From Pseudomonadota bacterium (GTDB taxonomy: Bacteria > Bdellovibrionota_G > JALEGL01 > DATDPG01), in NCBI GenBank assembly GCA_043809315.1, contig JAZDDX010000028.1, forward strand, positions 1 through 50,795: a stretch of DNA of 50,795 nucleotides. The letters are read 5' to 3'. Positions 1 through 7,300 of the stretch are shown here, piece after piece; positions within the stretch are counted from its first letter, which is position 1, and every line of letters begins with the position of its first letter. The position numbers were made by a program, and so were the translations under genes. The notes beneath the pieces are model-generated. The model had not been told where the DNA came from. It did no database searches and saw only the letters and a program-made list of their open reading frames with translations.

Positions 1-469
1 CGCCCAACTTGCCTGCTGTAAGGAATTGTTCGACCTCGGCCTTGCTCACCTTGATCGCCTCCATGTGCTTGACCATCGCGTCCTGGGCCGGGCCGATCGA
101 AGCGCGCCCGGCAGATTTCTCGGAGGTCGGACTCAAGCCGCGTAGGGACGAAGCGGTCGATCCTTCGCGGGCCGAGGCGCCCCCGCCGCCGAGACCGGCC
201 AACAGCGTCCCGCCGTCGGACGGTTTGGAAGTGGCGAGCTTAAATTTGTAGACCCAGCCGGTTTTCCCCGCGGCGCTCCCCTGGACCCAGTTCCCCTGCT
301 TGGAGACGACATTGACCGCCGTCCCTTTCGAGAGTTGGGCGAGAATTTGAGCGTTGGCGGCGGTCGAACTCTTGAGCTCGGCGGTCGCTTTCACGAACAG
401 CGTCTCGGCGCGGGCGCTTGTCGCAAACAAGACGAAACCGGCGACGAGGAAAAGGGATCGGTTCCTCAT
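1..469 (-). CDS. Secreted SH3b-domain protein, runs off the window's left edge
   Basis: Manual translation from ATG at 469: MRNRSLFLVAGFVLFATSARA|ETLFVKATAELKSSTAANAQILAQLSKGTAVNVVSKQGNWVQGSAAGKTGWVYKFKL... Signal peptide plus SH3b-type 'GNWV...GKTGWV' pattern. No stop before the edge, so absent from the ORF track. Confidence 0.75.
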   Translation of the reverse strand, partial: MRNRSLFLVAGFVLFATSARAETLFVKATAELKSSTAANAQILAQLSKGTAVNVVSKQGNWVQGSAAGKTGWVYKFKLATSKPSDGGTLLAGLGGGGASAREGSTASSLRGLSPTSEKSAGRASIGPAQDAMVKHMEAIKVSKAEVEQFLTAGKLG

Positions 470-476
470 GGGGCGT

Positions 477-505
477 AGCCTAGTCGAACCGCGGTGGGGT
501 GGCAA
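477..505 (-). promoter_or_regulatory. Sigma70-like promoter, probably giving a leaderless SH3b transcript
   Basis: TTGCCA (505-500), 17 nt, TAGGCT (482-477), then 7 nt to the ATG at 469; no Shine-Dalgarno. Confidence 0.45.
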
Positions 506-627
506 TCGCGAGGTTCTTCGGAACACCGATGTCTCACCGGGGCCGGCGACACACGTCAGGAGACACGCAAGTGTTTGATATGTTGGGGCCAACTCTGGCA
601 TGGGGATTGCTGTCTAATGAGGTTGGA

Positions 628-1701
628 ATGTGGCGGAACCGTTCATTCTGGATCGCCTCGATGTTCGCCCCTGCGCTCGTCTGCTCGAGTCTGGCGAATG
701 CTCGCGCAGGGGATCTTTCCAAATTCAGGAAGATACAGGAATCGGTCGTCGAGTTGATCAACCGGGGTTCGAATCACACAGACACGGAAACATTGTGCGC
801 TGCCGTCTTTATCGGTGAGCAGGAAATCCTGACGGCGAAACATTGCCTGAACCGCGACGGGACGCATATCATCCGAACAGCCCAGGGGAGGCAATATCCG
901 GTTATCGGGGTTGTCCGCGGGTCCGGACCCAACGATCTCGCCAGCCTTCGAGTAGACGTGCCGGCGAATCTGTTTCGGCCGTTGCGACTCTCGGCAATGC
1001 CGCCCCAGCACGGGCAGATTCTTACGCGCGTGTCCCCGACCACGTTTGGTTCCGATGCCATCTCTCAGGGGGCGCTGATCAGTTTCTTTGGGGATCCGCT
1101 CAACGCAGGAACGAACTACCAGGTTCGGATCTCGGTCACGGAGGGAATGAGCGGGAGTCCGGTCGTGGACGAAAAGGGAGAGATTGTCGGCATTGTTTTG
1201 AACCAATGGCCGTTCTTTTCGAAACTTGAGATATCCGAACTTCCCCGGACCGACATCGGGGTCGTTGAACATTTTCGAGATCAACGAGAGATCGCCCCCC
1301 CCCTTTCCGTCTCGGTGTGGTGGGAACAGACCTGGAAATCAATCGAGGGAAAGTACCTCGAGCTGCTCGGAGTCATCATGGAAAGAAACTCATGTGAGCG
1401 CGTAGAGACAAGAATTCAAAAGTTGACCGAGGGAGCGGGGGATTTCGCCGAACCGTGGGTCCTGCTGGCGTTCTGTCAGGCGAAAGCGGGAAGGACCGAC
1501 GACGCGATCAGGAGTTTCGAAAAAAGCACGACCCTCAAAGAAAACCCGCTTCTCCTAACGGAACTCGCCTATCTCTACTTTAGCCGTGAGGGGGGAAGAT
1601 CGCAGTCGGATCGAAACATGGCGATAAGATACCTAAATCAAGCAATCGATCTTTCGCCCGACGATAAAGCCATCCAATCGCTTCGCGAGAATTATCGCTG
1701 A
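628..1701 (+). CDS. Secreted trypsin-like (S1) serine protease with C-terminal TPR repeats
   Basis: Triad motifs TAKHC, NDLASL and GMSGSP; TPR-like helices (AEPWVLLAFCQAKAGRTDDAIRSFEKS). Start moved from 499 to ATG 628, which has GAGG upstream and begins a signal-like N-terminus. Confidence 0.8.
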   Translation: MWRNRSFWIASMFAPALVCSSLANARAGDLSKFRKIQESVVELINRGSNHTDTETLCAAVFIGEQEILTAKHCLNRDGTHIIRTAQGRQYPVIGVVRGSGPNDLASLRVDVPANLFRPLRLSAMPPQHGQILTRVSPTTFGSDAISQGALISFFGDPLNAGTNYQVRISVTEGMSGSPVVDEKGEIVGIVLNQWPFFSKLEISELPRTDIGVVEHFRDQREIAPPLSVSVWWEQTWKSIEGKYLELLGVIMERNSCERVETRIQKLTEGAGDFAEPWVLLAFCQAKAGRTDDAIRSFEKSTTLKENPLLLTELAYLYFSREGGRSQSDRNMAIRYLNQAIDLSPDDKAIQSLRENYR

Positions 1702-1704
1702 GGT

Positions 1705-2928
1705 TCAAAGACACCCGTTGATCCGCACGTAATCCTTCTTCGGGGGAGGGGTGACTACGACCTCCGGCACCACGTATCCCCCCTTCTTTTTGAATTCTTC
1801 GACGGGATCCGGCTTCGGGCCTTTACCCGATGTGCGAGGTGAGTAGGGGATTCCTTTGGTGGAAGTTTTTTGAACCCCGCCAAAGGAAGAAGGCAATTCC
1901 GGGGTGGGCTCGTAAGATCTCATATATTTCTTCATATCCATTCGGCCCCCCCATGTAGGGGCCTTGTCGGAGACTTCTACAGGTTTGTTGAGTTCTTGTT
2001 TTGCCAGTTTCCATGCCGCATATACCATTCCGAGCGAAATCAGCGATTCCGTCGCTTTCGCGATGGCCGGACTTCCTGTCACCCAACCAGCAAAATTACC
2101 CATTTCAACAGGAATTGCCATGAGCGATCGTACCCCCTGTTGTTCGTAGGACCACGAAGGTGAATAAACATTCTCGGGCATCGAGATGGACCCGGGATCT
2201 TCCGCATGAAATCCGACCGGCGGTTGCGGAAACCCAAACTGATATGCAAGGTCCGCCTCAACGACCTTGTTGAAGTCGATCGGACCGGAAGCCGTGCCGT
2301 CGCTCTGCATTCCCGTCACATCGATCTTATTGATCGGATCGTTGTCGGCATACGCATAACGGTTCAGATGGACGACCGACTTGCCGGGCGTGAGGGGGTC
2401 GGGAGAGATGAATCGACCGAGAACGGGATCGTAGTACCGGGCGTGGAGATACAGAAGACTTGTCGAAGAATCTCTCCTCTGCCCCGTATACCCGAGCGAT
2501 TCATTATGCATCGGCTGTGTCAACCAGTCGCCGTAAGGTTTGTATGAGGCCGTCGAACCGGGGACCGGCGTCGCGTTCTTGTCGGTCTCGACGCTGACCG
2601 ATCCCTGGTAATCGGTGTGGAGCCAGATCGTCTCGTATGTCGTGTTGTTCGTCGTCGTGCAGCTCTGACAGGTTCCTCCGACTCCCGCCCGGGTTTTGTT
2701 TCGCTGGAGCGCGTTCGGCCCCGATCCACCGCCCGGACAGGTGACCGGAACGCAGGTCTCGGTTGACGTGGTCGTCGCGATCACCTTCTGCACGGGCCCG
2801 AACGGTCCGGGGATGTAGGTCGTAGCGACGATTTGAATGGCTGAGGAAGATTGAGAGAAGAAGAGAACAGCGAAAACAAGACCGATCTGTAAAGAGATGG
2901 GGGTTTGTTTTGACGTCACACGATTCAT
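1705..2928 (-). CDS. Rhs core + variable C-terminal domain cassette 2, with own signal peptide
   Basis: MNRVTSKQTPISLQIGLVFAVLFFSQSSSA signal; Rhs core (LHTDYQGS, GYTGQRRD, ARYYDPVLGRFISPDP, YAYADNDPINKIDVTG); about 200-aa C-terminal domain of unknown type from 2310. Confidence 0.85.
   Translation of the reverse strand: MNRVTSKQTPISLQIGLVFAVLFFSQSSSAIQIVATTYIPGPFGPVQKVIATTTSTETCVPVTCPGGGSGPNALQRNKTRAGVGGTCQSCTTTNNTTYETIWLHTDYQGSVSVETDKNATPVPGSTASYKPYGDWLTQPMHNESLGYTGQRRDSSTSLLYLHARYYDPVLGRFISPDPLTPGKSVVHLNRYAYADNDPINKIDVTGMQSDGTASGPIDFNKVVEADLAYQFGFPQPPVGFHAEDPGSISMPENVYSPSWSYEQQGVRSLMAIPVEMGNFAGWVTGSPAIAKATESLISLGMVYAAWKLAKQELNKPVEVSDKAPTWGGRMDMKKYMRSYEPTPELPSSFGGVQKTSTKGIPYSPRTSGKGPKPDPVEEFKKKGGYVVPEVVVTPPPKKDYVRINGCL
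2311..2826 (-). repeat. Rhs-core homology block, copy 2 (paralogous to about 3715-4233)
   Basis: Near-identical protein and DNA from VATTY(I/V)PGP to DVTG in both cassettes; similarity ends right after DVTG-MQ. Confidence 0.9.
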
Positions 2929-3077
2929 GGCTTGCGTGGTGGCACAACGACTGGACCAATCCTCCATTCGAAATGAATCTCTCGGACAGGCTTCGCATAC
3001 TCGGGGCTCCGACCTACTACGCTGGGTGGGCAGCGAAATGCGTATGGTGTCATCCGACTCCCACAACTAGTAGTCAC
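2925..3077 (-). CDS. Candidate 50-aa ORF between the two Rhs cassettes (possible immunity or coupling peptide)
   Basis: GTG at 3077 preceded by GGGGA, overlapping the end of cassette 1; its TGA overlaps the cassette-2 ATG (ATGA). No recognisable domain. Confidence 0.3.
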   Translation of the reverse strand: MTTSCGSRMTPYAFRCPPSVVGRSPEYAKPVREIHFEWRIGPVVVPPRKP

Positions 3078-4308
3078 GATATTCCCCGCGTACGAATTCC
3101 TTAATCTTTCGGACGCTAGTGAAATCGGGTTGGGCATTGATTGATCTCTGGAACTTCATCTCTGCTTTATAAGCTGAGTTTTCAAATTCGTGTCCACCAA
3201 GTTTATCAAACCTTCTTAGCGCATGATCACCTTCATGCACCGCGGTAGAGAGCATTACATCATCCCCAGTATTTCGAAGATATAGTTGCCCATTCTTCTG
3301 GAACCCGGCCACCCTTTCTACGTTTCCAAACAAGCCATTTTCATCTGCGGCTTTTGCAAACATTTCCTTGCCGAGCAAATTTACTTTAACTTCACCGCGA
3401 CCAATGGCCACACCGACACGGAAAGCGTCCTTGCTTCCCGCTGTAATTAGCTCCGTTACCAACCGTTTAACTGAAGGGAGGCTACCCGTTGCTCCCGCAA
3501 CCAAAGACATCATTTGGTCCTGAAGCTTCGGATCTTGTTTTATGAGCTCAAACCTAGCTTCGGCAACATCCTTTCTTGAGGTCGGTGCCTTGGCGCTCAC
3601 CGTCACGCCATTCATTACATAGGGATTCTCAAACGTCCCATGAAGATTGAGTTTCTTTCGTAGGATATCTGACTGGGACGCCGTTCCGGTTGCATCTGAG
3701 CTCATCGCCTGCATCCCTGTCACGTCGGTCTTGTTGATCGGATCGTCGTCGGAGTACGCGTAATGGTTGAGCTTCACGATCTCCTTCCCCGGTGTGATCG
3801 GATCGGGGGAGATGAATCTTCCTAGCGCCGGATCATAGTAGCGAGCATGTAAATACAGGAGATCCGTCGATGAATCCCTCCGCTGCCCCGTGTATCCGAG
3901 CGATTCCTGGTTCGTCGGCTTCGCCAACCAATCGCCGTACGGCTTGTACGATGCGCTCGATCCGGGGACCGGCGTCGCGTCTTTGTTTGTCTCGAGGCTC
4001 ACCGACCCCTGGTAGTCGGTGTGGAGCCAAATTGTCTCGTACGTCGTGTTGTTCGTCGTCGAACAACTCAAGCAGGTGCCGCCGATTCCTGCGCGTGTCT
4101 TGTTTCGCTGGAGCGCGTTCGTTCCCGATCCGTCTCCAGGACAGGTGACCGGAACGCAGGTCTCGGTTGACGTGGTGGTCGCGATCACTTTCTGAAGAGG
4201 GCCCCCAGGACCCGGAACATACGTCGTCGCAACCGACGTCGCTCCGAACGCCAAATGCGGCGCAAGCGACACCGCGAACCAAGCGAACTCTGTTCGAAGA
4301 ACCTTCAT
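3067..4308 (-). CDS. Rhs core + HExxH metallopeptidase-like C-terminal domain, cassette 1, with own signal peptide
   Basis: ATG 4308 (or GTG 4311) overlaps the upstream stop (GTGATG). Signal-like MKVLRTEFAWFAVSLAPHLAFG; Rhs core ending PINKTDVTG; C-terminal STAVHEGDH...HEFENSAY. Confidence 0.85.
   Translation of the reverse strand: MKVLRTEFAWFAVSLAPHLAFGATSVATTYVPGPGGPLQKVIATTTSTETCVPVTCPGDGSGTNALQRNKTRAGIGGTCLSCSTTNNTTYETIWLHTDYQGSVSLETNKDATPVPGSSASYKPYGDWLAKPTNQESLGYTGQRRDSSTDLLYLHARYYDPALGRFISPDPITPGKEIVKLNHYAYSDDDPINKTDVTGMQAMSSDATGTASQSDILRKKLNLHGTFENPYVMNGVTVSAKAPTSRKDVAEARFELIKQDPKLQDQMMSLVAGATGSLPSVKRLVTELITAGSKDAFRVGVAIGRGEVKVNLLGKEMFAKAADENGLFGNVERVAGFQKNGQLYLRNTGDDVMLSTAVHEGDHALRRFDKLGGHEFENSAYKAEMKFQRSINAQPDFTSVRKIKEFVRGEYRDY
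3715..4233 (-). repeat. Rhs-core homology block, copy 1
   Basis: Paralogous to 2311-2826. Confidence 0.9.
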
Positions 4309-7300
4309 CACGGCGCCGGCGAAATCTCCTCGGCCCCCCCGTCCAAGTAGAGCGTCGATCGATCCGGGGTGATCAGCCTCAGACGCTGGTTGTTCCCGTC
4401 ATACACGAACTTCGTTTCCGTCCCGCCGTTCGGCTTAAAGCTCGTCGGGAAATTCTCGACGCTCCAGGTGATGTCAGCGGTGATCCCCGTCGTGACGTTC
4501 CGGTGTTTCGTCATGTTTCCGTTCGGATCGTAAAGGTACTGGGGGTTCGCCTCCGCCGCCGCGCACCCTCCGGAGGACGTCACCGCGAAGACCGCATGCG
4601 GCCTTGCACTCTCCGGCTCGGGATAGCAATACTCTTTCAAGGAAGAGGCCCCCGCCAGCTTCGTCTTCAGGTTCCCGATCGCGTCGTAGGTGAACGTTTC
4701 GGTGTTGGGCGAGCTGCCGTTCCCCTGATACGTCGCCTTCTTCAGCCGGTGCATCGAATCGTAGATGAACGCCCAGGGTCCCCAACCGTCCAGCATCCCC
4801 TCTTTGTTCCTTTGGGAATAATTCAGGTTCTGGAGTTCCGCTCCGGTCGTCGCGTTGACCGTTCGGATCGATGTCAGCCAGCCGCGGGCCGGGCTGTAGT
4901 CGTAGGTCGTTTTCGTCCCGTTCCCGTTCCACAGCTCGAGCGGCTGTCCGGCGGCGTTGTAGGTCGCCGACTTGAGGACCGGACTTGTCGTCGAACCGGT
5001 CGTCAAAGAGACCGAGGTGAGTTGTCCCAGCGAGTTGTACGAGTTCGTGTACGCCACGCCGAACGGGTAGACCTTGTTCCGGACCCGCCCGCTCGGATCG
5101 TACGTCTGCGAATAGACGTGAACCGCGCTGTTCGTCCTTCGGACCGTCTGCAGGAGACGCCCGGACGCGTCGTAGTTGTACTGTTCGGCGTTCGTGGTCG
5201 AATTGCCCGGCAGCTCTCGCATCGTCGTCAGATGTCCGATGTTGCAGTACCCACCCGAGGCGCAGCTCGATCCCTGCGGCTGGTCGTAGTCCCACTGCAC
5301 GTCCGGCGTTTCCGTGTTCGGACGGTTCACCCACTTTTTTCGCATCCGTCCAAGGGCGTCGTAGGCGTAGATGATCGACTGCGATTTGGCGGTCTGGACA
5401 CCCAACAACTGCCCGAGGGCGTCGTACCCGAACGTTGTCGTCCCCCGATCCGGGTCGACCTCTCGGCGTATCAGGCCGCGGGAGTCGAAGACCGTTTCCG
5501 TCGGGTTGTTCTGAAAATCCGTGATCCTTTTCAGGTTCCCCCGGACGTCGTACTCGTACTTCGCCCAAACCGCCGTTCCGTCCAGGTACTCCTCGTGCCG
5601 GGCGAGCTTCCCGATCGAGTTGTAGATGTCCGCGCTCTTGTGCCCCTCTTCGTCCGTGTAGGTGACCTTCCAGGTCGAATAAGGGTTGGAGAGATCGCCC
5701 AGAGCGGTGTACTCCGCGAAGACCGTCGGTCCGCCGTTGTCGAAATCGTACTGGAGCGACAGCGGCCGGTTCAGCGGGTCGTACAGGGTCCTCGTCCGAT
5801 AGACGTCGTCCCCCCTCTTCGCCGGTGCCGTTTTGGTCTGCACCTGCCCGCGGCCGTTGAACGTGGTCTTCGTGTAGATATAGTCGGAGGGAAGGTTTCC
5901 GGCATCGGCGACACAAACCGTCGTGCCGCTCTGGGACTCCGCCGAGAAGATCCGACTTTTCCAAGTTCGCCCGAGCCCGTCGATGAAATTCCAGGTGCAG
6001 ATCTCCGGCTTTTGGTTTCCGTCCGGACCGATCGGCCCCGGAACCGCCGTCTGAAGAAAACGATTCGAAGCCGTGAGCGCCGAATTGTCCAGACTTCGAT
6101 AGCTGGTCTTCTCGTACTCTCCCGTCGGCATCGTCTTCTTCGTGACACGACAGAACACATCGTACTCCGTCTTCGTGAGCTTCCCGTTCGGATCTTTGAC
6201 CGAAAGCGGCGCACCGCAGACGTTGTTCCATGAAGTGACTTCCGTCACCTGCCCGAGCGGATTCGTCGTTTTGCTCCGGTAGAGGTGAAACGTCCCATCG
6301 TAATCGTAGGCCATCGCGGCACCGAGTTCGTTCGTCTCCTGTTTGAGGTTTCCCGGATAGTCCGTGAAGTAATCGAATGACTTCATGTACGAATCCGGCG
6401 TGGAAGGATGCTCCCCGAGAGGATCGTAGACCTTGAGCGTCCGGGTCTTGGGATTCCCGAAACGAAGATCGGTGCGATCGAAATAAGTCATCGCGCTCTC
6501 GGAGAGCGGGGTCCCCGAAGCGGAGGTCCCGGAATAGACCGCGACGGAAACCGGCCGGTCGACCATGTAATAACTCAGGTTCGTGTATTCCGGATGGGCC
6601 GCGTCCGAATAATTGAACGTCTGGTACGTCGTCCGCGTGACCTGGTTGTCGTTCGGCAAGGTGTCGTTGATCGTTTCCCCCCCTCCCGGATCGATGCCGC
6701 GGAAGATCCGCGAGCTGGTTCCCGACGCCTTTTTGTAGTTCCCGTAGTTCTTCTCGAAAACGAGGTTTCCAAACGTGGCGTAGTTCGGGTCGGGGGTGGG
6801 AAGGCTCAGATCGTAGACCTCTTCCTTGAGGGTCGAAAACCCGAGCGCCCCGCCTGTGTCGTACGTATCGGTTTGCGTTGTTTTCGGAAGGGTTACGTAC
6901 CAGTAAGGCATGACCAGGTCCTCTTGCCAGGGGATGTCCGCATTGGTCAGCCGGAAATAAGTGAACTTCGTTTCCGACAGGAGGATTCCGTCGCCGGCCG
7001 GGTCACCCAGGTAGTATTTCGACGAGAGCGGCAGACCGGCGGTCTCGAAGGTCTGGTTGTACGTCGTCCGGACGTACGGGTTCTCCGACTCGTCCGCTTC
7101 GGCCTTCGGAAGTTTGATCGTGACGGTCTTGAATCCGAGCGGCTTCTTCCACCGCCGGTCATAAGCCCCGCCGGAATAGGAGTACTCGGTCTTCGACGTC
7201 GTTGGGGAAACCCCGTCGGAAACCTCCAGCGTCTGCACCGTCTGCGTAATCGGGAAGGCCGAATTGTTCTCCGGCCAGAACGAGGAAGGTTTGTACGTGA

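Noticed and set aside
4296-4325. Programmed frameshift or readthrough fusing the Rhs shell to cassette 1
   Set aside because: Two tandem TGA stops, no slippery sequence, and the downstream frame begins with a signal-like peptide that is mirrored in cassette 2.
4167-6233. 688-aa plus-strand ORF and other long antisense or alternate-frame ORFs (e.g. 7851-9233, 12283-13641, 27340-28899)
   Set aside because: Shadow ORFs of GC-rich genes; Arg-rich, motif-free, and fully overlapping well-supported CDSs.
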